A stretch of 32,000 nucleotides of DNA. Origin: Nitratidesulfovibrio vulgaris str. Hildenborough. GTDB lineage: Bacteria > Desulfobacterota > Desulfovibrionia > Desulfovibrionales > Desulfovibrionaceae. Positions within the stretch are counted from its first letter, which is position 1. The number at the start of each line of letters is the position of its first letter. The notes under the pieces were generated by a model. That model was not told where the DNA came from, did no database searches, and was given only the letters and a program-made list of their open reading frames with translations. The translations under genes were made by a program, and so were the position numbers. Positions 9,118 through 17,777 of this stretch are shown one piece after another. The stretch covers positions 840,001-872,000 of the forward strand of contig NC_002937.3 in NCBI RefSeq assembly GCF_000195755.1, written 5' to 3'.

Positions 9118-9321
9118 AGGGCAGCTGTTTGCGGTGGCGATGGCAGGGTTGAACGAACCCCGAAGTCATGCCGCCCGGAAACGCCGTTGTCGTCCTACGC
9201 CCACCCGTTCGGGGCGCGTAACAGTCTGGCACACAGTCGCCCCCTTCAGCCATGTCCTTGCCCTGACATCCAGCGCCGTGAGGCCTCTCGCCCATGTCGG
9301 GTGTGCCTCCCACGGGCCTTG

Positions 9322-9639
9322 CTAATGGCCCGAGAAGTCTAGCACATTGTTCAGCCCGCTCTCGCGTGATTCGATGGCCGTCCCCTTGATGAAGTGCCGG
9401 TGCAGCCGCCATGCGTCCATGTCGATGTAGTCCACGCGGCCTTCGCTGTCGGGGGTGAGGTGGGGCCGCAGTGCATCCATCAGTTCTTCGATGGGAAACC
9501 AGACGCCTTCGAACGATACCCGCAGCAGGTCGCCGTCCAGTTCGATATGTTCATCCCCTGCAACGGAGGCCGCCAGACGGCGCAGGTGCTCCCCTGCGGG
9601 ATGCAGGCTACCGTAGACCTTCACCAGAACGTGTTCCAT
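9322..9639 (-). CDS. hypothetical protein (105 aa)
   Basis: The in-frame ATG at 9639 (MEHVLVKVYG) follows a GAGGAAGGA SD. The longer ORF-track N-terminus is Arg/Pro-rich and would run into the upstream gene's stop region. I recognise no family. Confidence 0.55.
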   Translation of the reverse strand: MEHVLVKVYGSLHPAGEHLRRLAASVAGDEHIELDGDLLRVSFEGVWFPIEELMDALRPHLTPDSEGRVDYIDMDAWRLHRHFIKGTAIESRESGLNNVLDFSGH

Positions 9640-9748
9640 GTTCCTTCCTCGTAGCCGGATGTGCCGACGCCTGCCGGATTGCGGGTTTGCGATGCCTGTC
9701 GTTGCCGTCGCCCTTCCCCCTTCAGGCGAGGCGGGGCTTGCGTTGCGG

Positions 9749-10954
9749 TTACAGAATGCGGAACATGCCATCCTCGTAGATGGTCGTCCGCTTGCCGCCA
9801 TGCAGGTGCGCTGTCACCCTTCTGGGGGTTGTGGCGACCATGTCCCAGTGCAGTGTCGAGGTGTTGAAGCCGAGACGTTCACGTGTTGCTTCATCGAAGT
9901 CCGGGGCCGCACCGGCAAAGGTGTTGGCATAGGACTGCCCGAGGGCGATGTGCATCGACCCGTTCTCGCCGCCATGATTCTCGTCGAAAAGCGTATTGGC
10001 CATGAATCTGCCGATGGGCGAAAAGCGCTTGTCCACAAGGGCGAATTCGCCCACGCGTGCAGCGCCCGCGTCGATGCTGGTCTGCCCGGCGGCGAACGCC
10101 TCCCCTTTTTCGGCTGCGAGTGCGGTGACCACACCCTTCCTGAACGTGAGTCGTATGCCGGAGGTGATGTTGCCGGAGCGGAACGACGGAAGGTCGGCCA
10201 CATACGAGCCTTCAACAGTGCGCCAGTCCGGCGAGACATAGAGTTCGAAACTGGGGATGTTGCGTCCGGTCACCCCGGCCCAGCGTCGTTGCTGGCCCAC
10301 CGATAGACGGAGGTCTGTTCCGTCATCGGACTCGACATGCAGGACGACGTCGCCGAGGGCGTCGAGTGCTGTGCGCAACGCTTCGGCCTCTTTGGCTATC
10401 CGTCGCCAGCGCGCCACGGGGTCGGCCTCTCCAAGATGGCAGGCGCGCGCGATCTCCTTGGCGTACGCCTCCACATTCATCCCCGCCCATCCGGCAAGGG
10501 CTGGTGTGGGCCACAGGCAGAGCGTCCACCCGTAGGTCCCCATCTGTTCGCGGGTGCGTGCGATGGCCGTCAGCGGGGCGCGGGCGCGTTGCGCGAGGGC
10601 GATGTTCTCGGCGGGCACGGAGGCAAGATGCGACAGCGACTGGGGGGCAAGCAGTGAGATGGTGCCGTTGAGCCTGTTCTGGAGTTCGCGTTCGCCGGGA
10701 ATGAGGGTCGTGAGGCGCTTGTTGTTGGCTAGCGTGTAGAAATCATGCTCCATGCGTGGCGTATGGGCCATGCGCGGCACGGGTATCTGCCCGCGTTCGT
10801 GCAGGCGGGCGCATATCTCCTCGGCCAGAGGCAGGGCTGGCAGGTCGAAGCGTACGAGCACGAAATCGCTTTTGCGGTACGGGTGACCGCGTCCTCGTTC
10901 CAGGCCCCACAACAGGACGGCCGCATAGCGTTCGAGGGTCGTCTGGTCGAACAT
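9749..10954 (-). CDS. aminopeptidase, peptidase family M29 (AmpS/PepS-like)
   Basis: 401 aa from the ATG at 10954 (MFDQTTLERYAAVLL), with M29-like blocks (GSMHIALGQSY, TLHWDMV). The ORF-track N-terminal extension of 132 codons looks non-coding (Arg/Pro/Cys-rich). Confidence 0.82.
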   Translation of the reverse strand: MFDQTTLERYAAVLLWGLERGRGHPYRKSDFVLVRFDLPALPLAEEICARLHERGQIPVPRMAHTPRMEHDFYTLANNKRLTTLIPGERELQNRLNGTISLLAPQSLSHLASVPAENIALAQRARAPLTAIARTREQMGTYGWTLCLWPTPALAGWAGMNVEAYAKEIARACHLGEADPVARWRRIAKEAEALRTALDALGDVVLHVESDDGTDLRLSVGQQRRWAGVTGRNIPSFELYVSPDWRTVEGSYVADLPSFRSGNITSGIRLTFRKGVVTALAAEKGEAFAAGQTSIDAGAARVGEFALVDKRFSPIGRFMANTLFDENHGGENGSMHIALGQSYANTFAGAAPDFDEATRERLGFNTSTLHWDMVATTPRRVTAHLHGGKRTTIYEDGMFRIL

Positions 10955-11109
10955 GTCGTCTCTCGTAAGGTTATCATTGCCGCCTTGTGGCGGTGGTGTA
11001 GGGTGACAGTGTGGCAGTGCCTTGCGGGGATGTCCTCGGGCCGCACGGGAGTGAAGGCAGCAGCACGCCCGTCGCAGGTCGCCCCGCCACGCATCCTCCC
11101 CCTTGCAGT

Positions 11110-11146
11110 GCCGACCGTGTCGTGACCCCCTCACGGCACGGTCGGC
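11110..11146 (+). terminator. very strong hairpin (16 bp, CCCCC loop) with a plus-strand U-tract
   Basis: Positions 11110-11125 pair with 11131-11146: 15 Watson-Crick pairs plus one G.U that exists only in the plus-strand RNA. The hairpin is followed by CAUUUUC on the plus strand. It lies in the 262-nt spacer between two minus-strand genes. Confidence 0.5.
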
Positions 11147-11216
11147 CATTTTCAATGGTAAGACGCGAACCGTGCAAGACAAGTGCCCTTGCGGGATGGG
11201 AAGGCGGGATGCTGGG

Positions 11217-12494
11217 TCAGTCGTCTGCCTTGACGGTTTGCGGGCGGGCAGGGGCCAGACAGTGGCCCGCATCTCGTGCGGATGCCAGCCCTTCGCAATC
11301 GCCAAGGTTGCATGCCTGTATGAAGTCTTCGCACATGGGCCCGTATTCACGGCGCATCATGCGTGCCGCACCACGGGCGCGCCACGCAGGCGCAAGCCGC
11401 GGTGCTTCCCGCAGGACACGCGAAAGGTCATCCACTGCGAGCGCGGTGAGGTCGAGTCTGAGGTTGGCGATGCCCCTTGCCAGTCGCGCCCGTACGGGGG
11501 CGTCGGGCAACGCCAGTGCCCTGTCGAGGGCTTCGACGGCGTCCTGGGGCCTGTCCAGTTGCAGGAGTGCTTCACCGAGGAACGTCCAGCCGAGGGGCAT
11601 CTCCGGGGAGGCCTCGACCACCTGACGCATGTCGGCTGCAAGGATGATGGGGTGTCTCCATACACCATCAAGATAGGACAGCGCACGTTCAAGGGTGTCG
11701 AGACTGCGCAATGTCCTTGCGAGGGCGGCGAACCTCCTGTCATAGGGGCTTTCCGATTCCGTGCCTGCCTTCTGGCGATGTCGTGCGGCATCGAGGGCAA
11801 GCTGCCTCGCTTCAAGAAGGTTCTCACGTGTATGCAACAGGATGCCTTCTCTGAGTTCGAGCTTCTCCGGCGCGCGGAGGGCCGCCCGCAGGGCCGTCGC
11901 GGCATCTCCTCCGCGAGGGGTGGTGCGGATGTTGACGGCGACCTCGACTTCTGGCGGGTAGCCGACGACACTCGTGGCCGTGGTGTGCGCTTCGAAGGTC
12001 GCCGCCGTGAGAGACAGAAGTCGGGCGGGCGTCTCGGCTGAAAAGAGGGCTGCGGAGTCCCTTCCGAGGGATGCCGTGGAAAGGCGCAACGCCTCGATAC
12101 GGGCGGCTGCGGCTGCGACGGTCTGGGCGTCGTCGCGCAAGATACCGCCACCGAAGGGGACGATGACGGTGGCTTCCGCGGCCTGAAGACCTGCGGGCAG
12201 ACTCAGCATGAGCGCCAGTGTGGCAACGATGCAAGTCAAGAGGACGAAGGCCCGGGAGGACTGGTGGAGGTCGCGGCGATGCCTTCCGGGTTGGGGACGG
12301 GGCGAGAGAACCGCAGGGTGAAGGTGGGGGGCGGCGTCGAGAGTCATGGGAGTGAGGCCGCGACCGGGCAGTCTCCTGTCATGCACCGTCGTGCACATGG
12401 TGCAGGAAGGGAAGCCGGTGCGCCGCGCGGCGTGGCCGCTGCGCTTCGAGGGGGTCGGCACCGCGGGCGATGCCGACCGTCCTGAAGCGTTCAT
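11217..12494 (-). CDS. secreted or membrane-anchored TPR-like protein with a Cys-rich C-terminus
   Basis: A hydrophobic signal/anchor (AFVLLTCIVATLALMLSLPAGLQA) is followed by TPR-like helices (GEALLQLDRPQDAVEALDRALAL) and a C-terminal CEDFIQACNLGDCEG..GHC motif. The start is uncertain: 12494 (4 nt after the upstream stop), 12398 or 12347, none with a clear SD. Confidence 0.65.
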   Translation of the reverse strand: MNASGRSASPAVPTPSKRSGHAARRTGFPSCTMCTTVHDRRLPGRGLTPMTLDAAPHLHPAVLSPRPQPGRHRRDLHQSSRAFVLLTCIVATLALMLSLPAGLQAAEATVIVPFGGGILRDDAQTVAAAAARIEALRLSTASLGRDSAALFSAETPARLLSLTAATFEAHTTATSVVGYPPEVEVAVNIRTTPRGGDAATALRAALRAPEKLELREGILLHTRENLLEARQLALDAARHRQKAGTESESPYDRRFAALARTLRSLDTLERALSYLDGVWRHPIILAADMRQVVEASPEMPLGWTFLGEALLQLDRPQDAVEALDRALALPDAPVRARLARGIANLRLDLTALAVDDLSRVLREAPRLAPAWRARGAARMMRREYGPMCEDFIQACNLGDCEGLASARDAGHCLAPARPQTVKADD

Positions 12495-12497
12495 GTG

Positions 12498-13088
12498 CTA
12501 TTGCACCGCGCTGCTGATCTTGCGGGCGGCGGGCTGGATGACTTCGCGCAACGTGTCGGAAAGGAGCTTCTCGGCCACGTCGGGAGCGGGAATGACCTGA
12601 CGGCTCTGGCTGCTGCTCAGCGTCTCGCTGAAGATGCGGCCCTTGCGTCCGGAGAGCGTGATGCCGAGGCTCATCTGCGAGGTGAAGTCGGTGGTCTTCA
12701 CTTCGCGCAGCGTGACGTCGTTGACGATGCCGGTGACGATGAAGTCGGGGTTGCCGGTACGGGCATGGTCGAGGGTGGTGGCGTACGAAACCTGAAGCCC
12801 CTGACGGGTGAGTTCGTCGGCGAGGTTGCGGGCGACCCAGTCGGCCACGGGGGCGGAAGCGACGAACGAAGAGCCGTCACGGCGCTCGCCTATCTGCATG
12901 GTGCTGCGCTTGTCTTCGAACATGACCACGGCCACGCGCGGGGCGTTGGGCATGGGCAGGATGCTGGCGTCCGGCGGTGCGTAGAGCAGACGCACGGTGT
13001 TGCCGGGGGCACAGGCCGAAAGGGTCAGCATGGCCATTGTGGCGACAAGTGCCGCGACAATGGGGCGGAGATTGCGGATAGTGAGCAT
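12498..13088 (-). CDS. lipoprotein (YajG-like, uncertain family)
   Basis: Signal peptide with a lipobox (MLTIRNLRPIVAALVATMAMLTLSAC), in a 196-aa protein. Confidence 0.8.
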   Translation of the reverse strand: MLTIRNLRPIVAALVATMAMLTLSACAPGNTVRLLYAPPDASILPMPNAPRVAVVMFEDKRSTMQIGERRDGSSFVASAPVADWVARNLADELTRQGLQVSYATTLDHARTGNPDFIVTGIVNDVTLREVKTTDFTSQMSLGITLSGRKGRIFSETLSSSQSRQVIPAPDVAEKLLSDTLREVIQPAARKISSAVQ

Positions 13089-13113
13089 GGAGCCTCCTGA
13101 AGGACGTTTGATG

Positions 13114-13584
13114 TCAGATGGGGGACAGCGGCAGGTGCAGCCGTGTCAGCAATTCGTGGTCGGGTGTGGAGTCGGGTGCGTTGAGGTAGACCTCCACACA
13201 CGGGGCCTCTCTCGTGATGCGTCCGCTGGCGGGCAACCATTCCCAATACAGTGACGCCCAAACCTCCGCAAGGGTCTTGTGCGGGCCCTTGTGGACGATG
13301 GTGGCACAGGGTCCTCCGGCGATGATGCGTACGGACACATACCCGTCGGCTTCGATGTGCTGTGGTACACTTACTCCGGCGTCATACCCCGTGGACTCTG
13401 AGGCGAGTCCGCACGGCGTGTCACCAAGGACCCCCACGAAGAGGGTCTCGAAGGTGAGCATCTGGTTGTGGCCCATCCACGCGGACAACTCCTGCCACGC
13501 TTGCGGCGCGGCCGTGGCATACGGCCCCGGTGCGTGGATGCAGGCGACCCGCAGGTCGGGCATGTCTTCGATGCGGACGTTCAT
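13114..13584 (-). CDS. GyrI-like small-molecule-binding domain protein
   Basis: 156 aa from the ATG at 13584 (MNVRIEDMPDLRVACIHAPGPY), with a GGAG SD 7 nt upstream. It shows the typical GyrI-like/AraC-effector-binding pattern (..ATIVHKGPHKTL..VWASLYWEWLPASG..EVYLN). Confidence 0.78.
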   Translation of the reverse strand: MNVRIEDMPDLRVACIHAPGPYATAAPQAWQELSAWMGHNQMLTFETLFVGVLGDTPCGLASESTGYDAGVSVPQHIEADGYVSVRIIAGGPCATIVHKGPHKTLAEVWASLYWEWLPASGRITREAPCVEVYLNAPDSTPDHELLTRLHLPLSPI

Positions 13585-13646
13585 GCGTGACTCCAGAAAC
13601 ACCAATATACCGCAACATGCAGAGTCGCAACGGAAAGTGGTTTTTA

Positions 13647-13675
13647 TTGACTTTGAAAATCATAATCAATAAAAC
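13647..13675 (+). promoter_or_regulatory. sigma70-like promoter TTGACT-N17-TAAAAC for the GGDEF gene (leaderless geometry)
   Basis: The -35 is at 13647-13652 and the -10 at 13670-13675. The A of the ATG (13682) is 7 nt after the -10, and no SD is present. Confidence 0.45.
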
Positions 13676-13681
13676 GTCGAC

Positions 13682-14617
13682 ATGACAATCCATGCCAGAC
13701 GCTCTCTGCCGGGACTCGGCGTCAGGGGACGCATCGCCATCATCTACGTCGCACTGGGCATCCTGCCAGCGGTCGCCGCGCTGGTGCTGCTGCATGACAA
13801 GGGGCCCCGTGCCGCTGAAACGGGGCTCGCCCTCTTTGCGGGGGGGCTGCTGGTCTTCATGGGGCCATGCGTCGCGTTGCTTTCGCGATGGGTCGTGTTG
13901 CGAGATGTGCGCGAGGTGAACGCCTTCTGCCGTATGCTGCGCCAGGGGCGGTGCGAGGTGGCGTTCACGTTGCCGCCCGAGAGGGAGGATGAAGAGGAAT
14001 TGCTGCGCCTCAAACGCGACCTCAACTGGATGGCGCATGTCGTGTCACGTCGTGAGGGTGAGCTTCTGTGCAGCCTTTCCGAAACGCTACGCAGCCGCGA
14101 ACGGTACAGGCGTGAAGCCACGACGGATGCCCTGACCGGGGTTGCCACGAGGGGGCATATGGAATGCGTGGGGCAGGCGCTTGCATCGAGCAGTCTGCCA
14201 TTCGCACTGCTGTTGTTCGACCTCGACGGGTTCAAGGGGGTCAACGATACCCAAGGGCACGATGCGGGCGATGCTGTGTTGCGTGCACTGGGCGATGTGC
14301 TGCGTTCGTCGTGTCGCCAGCAGGATGTGCCGTTCCGTCTCGGGGGGGATGAGTTCGGTGTGCTGTGCCGTGGCATGGACACCGAAGAGGCTCTCCGCCT
14401 GGCTCACAGGTTGCGGCGTCTGTTCGCAGAGAAGCGCACAGGCACGACCATGAGCGTTGGTGTGGTCGCCGTGCAAGAGCGAAAGACGTGTGAACCCGGA
14501 TTGTTGGAGAAGGTGTTCAAGGCCGCCGACACGGCTCTGTATGCTGTGAAGCGATGCGGTGGCGATGGCGTACATGCCGGAGAGGTGGCGTGGACGAGTG
14601 AAAAAACGGCGTCATGA
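13682..14617 (+). CDS. membrane-anchored diguanylate cyclase (GGDEF domain with RxxD I-site)
   Basis: Two N-terminal TM segments, a coiled linker, then a GGDEF domain ([11 protein letters not shown], intact GGDEF in [11 protein letters not shown]). The I-site RQQD lies 5 residues upstream of GGDEF. Confidence 0.9.
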   Translation: MTIHARRSLPGLGVRGRIAIIYVALGILPAVAALVLLHDKGPRAAETGLALFAGGLLVFMGPCVALLSRWVVLRDVREVNAFCRMLRQGRCEVAFTLPPEREDEEELLRLKRDLNWMAHVVSRREGELLCSLSETLRSRERYRREATTDALTGVATRGHMECVGQALASSSLPFALLLFDLDGFKGVNDTQGHDAGDAVLRALGDVLRSSCRQQDVPFRLGGDEFGVLCRGMDTEEALRLAHRLRRLFAEKRTGTTMSVGVVAVQERKTCEPGLLEKVFKAADTALYAVKRCGGDGVHAGEVAWTSEKTAS

Positions 14618-14640
14618 CTGGCTTTGCACGGCTTGCCCAG

Positions 14641-14668
14641 TTGACAAGGGCTGCAAGCTCTGTAAAAC
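14641..14668 (+). promoter_or_regulatory. sigma70-like promoter TTGACA-N16-TAAAAC upstream of HU
   Basis: A perfect -35 at 14641-14646, TG immediately before the -10 hexamer at 14663-14668, about 70 nt upstream of the HU start. Confidence 0.5.
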
Positions 14669-14736
14669 GGACTGCGCGTAACATCGTACCCAAGGCCGCA
14701 AAGCATGTGCTGCCTGAGAAACAGACGGAGATATCC

Positions 14737-15012
14737 ATGACCAAAGCTGAACTTGTTGAGAAGATCCACGCGAAGGCCGGTCTGGCCACCAAGGCTCAGG
14801 CCGAGAGCGCTCTTGACGCCACCATCGCCGTCCTCGCCGACGCCATGGCTGCCGGTGAGTCCGTGACCTTCACCGGTTTCGGCAGCTTCAAGGTTGCCGA
14901 CCGCGCCGCCCGCAAGGGTCGCAACCCCCGCACCGGCGAAGAGATTGTCATCCCCGCTGGCAAGGTGGTCAAGTTCACCCCCGGCAAGCTGCTCAAGGAC
15001 GCCGTGAAGTAG
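14737..15012 (+). CDS. hup: DNA-binding protein HU
   Basis: 91 aa ([16 protein letters not shown]...[44 protein letters not shown]), which is canonical HU/IHF family sequence. A GGAG SD lies upstream. Confidence 0.96.
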   Translation: MTKAELVEKIHAKAGLATKAQAESALDATIAVLADAMAAGESVTFTGFGSFKVADRAARKGRNPRTGEEIVIPAGKVVKFTPGKLLKDAVK

Positions 15013-15035
15013 GCATTCCTGCAGCCGACATTTCG

Positions 15036-15071
15036 AAGGCCCCCTGTATCGGTAAGATACAGGGGGCCTTT
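15036..15071 (+). terminator. intrinsic terminator of the HU gene
   Basis: A perfect 15-bp stem, AAGGCCCCCTGTATC / GATACAGGGGGCCTT, with a 5-nt loop and a short U run. It lies 24 nt after the stop. Confidence 0.8.
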
Positions 15072-15304
15072 GCATGTCTGCGGGGGCATCTCATCGGAGT
15101 GTCAGGGCTGCGTGTCCGGGCACTCCCTCGTGTGATACCTTCCGGCGGCAGCATCACGAGGCAGCGTGCAGGGCTGTCATGCCCTGTCGCCATCGGAGGT
15201 GTCAGAACTGACCGAGGCCTTTACGTTTCCTGTCCGCGGATAGCGTTTCGTGCCATACCGCGTGCCCCGGCCCTGCGGTCACTGCTGCGCCGTGCTGCAT
15301 CCGT

Positions 15305-15571
15305 TCATGGCTTCCCGCTTTTGCGCAGACGCGACCACCAGAACCAGTCTCGCTGGACGGCCGGGAGTGCCGGGTCTTGCGCCTGTGCAACAGCGCACCG
15401 CAACACGTCGAGAACGCACGGGTCATGCGGGGCGCCGTCCAACTGGCCGAGTCTCTCATAGAGCGCTGTCGCCTCATGCCGCGCCAGGGCATCCACGTCA
15501 TGGATTCCCAGTCGCGCGAGGTCGCGCACCGTAGCAGGGCCCACAGACCGGAGGTCGCGCAGTCTACGCAT
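15305..15571 (-). CDS. helix-hairpin-helix domain protein (Cdd1/'pathogenicity locus' family-like)
   Basis: 88 aa (LRSVGPATVRDLARLGIHDVDAL...HDPCVLDVL), resembling the small HhH family PF11731. It overlaps the upstream gene's stop by 8 nt. Confidence 0.7.
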   Translation of the reverse strand: MRRLRDLRSVGPATVRDLARLGIHDVDALARHEATALYERLGQLDGAPHDPCVLDVLRCAVAQAQDPALPAVQRDWFWWSRLRKSGKP

Positions 15572-16928
15572 CGCCGTCGGGCCTCATCGGCATGGTATGG
15601 GGCGCATCAACGAGGACGGCGGTGATGTCCATGACGTTGGTCAGTGTCGGGCCTGTGCGAAGCAGGCATCCCGTGCCTTCGAGAAAGGGGTAGGCGTTGT
15701 TGTCGTCAAGGTGGCGGTGCGGGTCGAGTCCGCGTTCGCGGGCCGTGCGGAGTGTGAGCCCCGATGCGAAGCCCCCAGCCGCGTCGGTGGGGCCGTCGCT
15801 GCCGTCGGTGCCGAGGCAGAGCATGGCGATATGGTCGGCGCCGTCGAGGGCGATGGCGGCGGCGAGGGCCATCTCCTGATTGCGTCCACCCGTTCCGTCT
15901 CCGCGCAGGGTGACGGTGGTCTCGCCTCCGGCGAGAAGGCAGCATGGGCCTTCGGCGCACACGAAGGTGTCGGCGGTTCGGAACGCCTCGTCGACGAGTT
16001 CGCTGGCCTTATGGCGCGCTTCGCCGGTCATGGAGTCGGTGAGGATGCGCGGGATGTAGCCGCGGGCACGTGCCGCGGTGGCTGCCGCTTCAAGCGCCTG
16101 CCGGTTGGTTGCGACGAGCCTGTTCTGCACGTGGTCGAAAAGCGGGTCGCCCGGTTTGGGGGTCTCGGGGGCGTGCCCGGCGAGTCCGTCCTCAAGGCGG
16201 CGGCGTATGCTGGCGGGCAGGCGCGTGCCGATGCCGTACCGTGTGACGATGCCGTGGCAGTCGGCATAGGTGCTGGCGTCAGGGGCGGTGGGGCCGGAGG
16301 CGATGACATCGAGGTCGTCGCCCACGACGTCGGAGATGATGAGAGAGGCAGTGCGTGCGGGGGCGGCGCGGCGTGCGAGATTGCCGCCGCCGAAGGCCGA
16401 GACGTGCTTGCGAAGGGCGTTCACCTCGTGGATGGTGGCTCCGCATTCCAGAAGGAGGCGTGTCGCCGTGCGCATGTCGTCGAGCGATATCCCGTCGCAC
16501 AGTGCCGGAGTGAGAGCACTTGCCCCCCCGGTGAGGACGCAGAGGACGAGGTCGCGTTCTGTCGTCTGCGCCACGAGGTCGAGTACGTCGTGGGCGGCGC
16601 GTTCTCCGGCGGCATCGGGCACGGGGTGTGCGGCTTCGCGAAGCCTGACGCGGCGCAGAGGCATGGTGTGACCGTATTTGACGATGACGAGTCCACCATC
16701 GAGCCTGTCCCCTAGCACGCCTTCGAGGGCATGGGCCATGGGGGCCGCCCCTTTGCCCGCCCCGACCACGAGGATACGCTCGTACCCTGCGAGGTCGTAG
16801 GGGACATCGCCGATGTAGAGGGTCTCGTCATTGCGGCGGACGTGGCGGTGTACGGCCCTGTCCGGGGCCACGGCACCGAGGGCGGCACCGATGATGTCAT
16901 TGAGGACACTACGTTGTTCGGGGGTCAT
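15564..16928 (-). CDS. glycerate 2-kinase / putative hydroxypyruvate reductase (DUF4147 + MOFRL family)
   Basis: 454 aa with typical MOFRL-family blocks (ILVVGAGKGAAPMA, CVLTGGASAL, LLAGGETTVTL..GTGGRNQE, GTDGSDGPTDAAG). Confidence 0.88.
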   Translation of the reverse strand: MTPEQRSVLNDIIGAALGAVAPDRAVHRHVRRNDETLYIGDVPYDLAGYERILVVGAGKGAAPMAHALEGVLGDRLDGGLVIVKYGHTMPLRRVRLREAAHPVPDAAGERAAHDVLDLVAQTTERDLVLCVLTGGASALTPALCDGISLDDMRTATRLLLECGATIHEVNALRKHVSAFGGGNLARRAAPARTASLIISDVVGDDLDVIASGPTAPDASTYADCHGIVTRYGIGTRLPASIRRRLEDGLAGHAPETPKPGDPLFDHVQNRLVATNRQALEAAATAARARGYIPRILTDSMTGEARHKASELVDEAFRTADTFVCAEGPCCLLAGGETTVTLRGDGTGGRNQEMALAAAIALDGADHIAMLCLGTDGSDGPTDAAGGFASGLTLRTARERGLDPHRHLDDNNAYPFLEGTGCLLRTGPTLTNVMDITAVLVDAPHTMPMRPDGDA

Positions 16929-17126
16929 GGGGCCTCCACAAAAGAATGTATGTCATGCTATGTTGGCACACGATGACGGTCAAGGAGAGGTCATGCACGC
17001 CCGGCATGCAGCCGGGGGCGGGCTGGCCGGAAGGTAGTTCATGCGTAGGGCATGGGGTTGCGCAACGTCGGTTCATCAGGGACGTTGCGAGAGACTCGGG
17101 TGTTCGGCAAATAAGGGAGTTGCAGG

Positions 17127-17657
17127 ATGAACAGACTCTTCAATCTGGTACTGGCTGCGGCCCTGCTGCTGTCATTGGCGGGGTGCGCCGTGTATTCCGT
17201 GCCGCATGACGAGCGCAGTGTCGGCACCATCGTGGATGACAGCGTCATCGTCTCGGACATCAAGGCCGACCTCGTCGGCATGGACGGCAGTGACGGTCTG
17301 GCGACCAAGGTCTATAGCTTCGGCGGGCGCGTCTACCTCGTGGGTGAGCCCAGCGTCTCTTTCCGCGACAAGGCCGTTCGCGCCGCGCGGCAGGTCAAGG
17401 GGGTACGCTCCGTGACGCCGCACTGGTTCGCGCCGGGAACGGGGCGTACCATGGATGACACGGTGGTCGCTACGCGCGTGCGTACCAATCTCATCGCCGA
17501 AAAGGCCCTCAGTTCGACGCAGATAGAACTGGAGGTATACGGTGGCCATGTGGTGCTGATGGGCATGGTGCGGGCCGCTGCCGACGTGGACCGGGCAGTG
17601 CGGGTGACCCGCGCCACGCAGGGTGTCCGTGGCGTGTCGTCATACCTCATCCCCTAG
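17127..17657 (+). CDS. BON-domain lipoprotein (OsmY/DolP-like)
   Basis: A lipobox signal peptide (MNRLFNLVLAAALLLSLAGC) is followed by two BON-like repeats (DDSVIVSDIKADL..., DDTVVATRVRTNL...VVLMGMV). There is a GGGAG SD. Confidence 0.88.
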   Translation: MNRLFNLVLAAALLLSLAGCAVYSVPHDERSVGTIVDDSVIVSDIKADLVGMDGSDGLATKVYSFGGRVYLVGEPSVSFRDKAVRAARQVKGVRSVTPHWFAPGTGRTMDDTVVATRVRTNLIAEKALSSTQIELEVYGGHVVLMGMVRAAADVDRAVRVTRATQGVRGVSSYLIP

Positions 17658-17735
17658 CACGGCTGAAGCTGTCCTGCCGCTGTGATGCGCTGGCAGACTG
17701 TGGTGTCGCCGGTGCACAGGACGATCGCCTGAAGA

Positions 17736-17761
17736 ACAAAGGCCCCGTAAGGGGCCTTTGT
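17736..17761. terminator. bidirectional terminator hairpin ACAAAGGCCCC-GTAA-GGGGCCTTTGT
   Basis: An 11-bp perfect stem with a GNRA loop and A/T runs on both sides, between the convergent BON and aminotransferase genes. Confidence 0.8.
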
Positions 17762-17777
17762 GTTGTGTCTGACGTCT

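Noticed and set aside
10955-11350. An N-terminal extension of the aminopeptidase ORF. Analogous long N-terminal extensions occur at 9640..9801, 18885..19124, 21934..22062, 21977..22087, 23748..23858 and 28637..28699.
   Set aside because: The extensions are Arg/Pro/Cys-rich and lack homology-like sequence. An internal ATG, GTG or TTG with a good SD gives the canonical N-terminus in each case.
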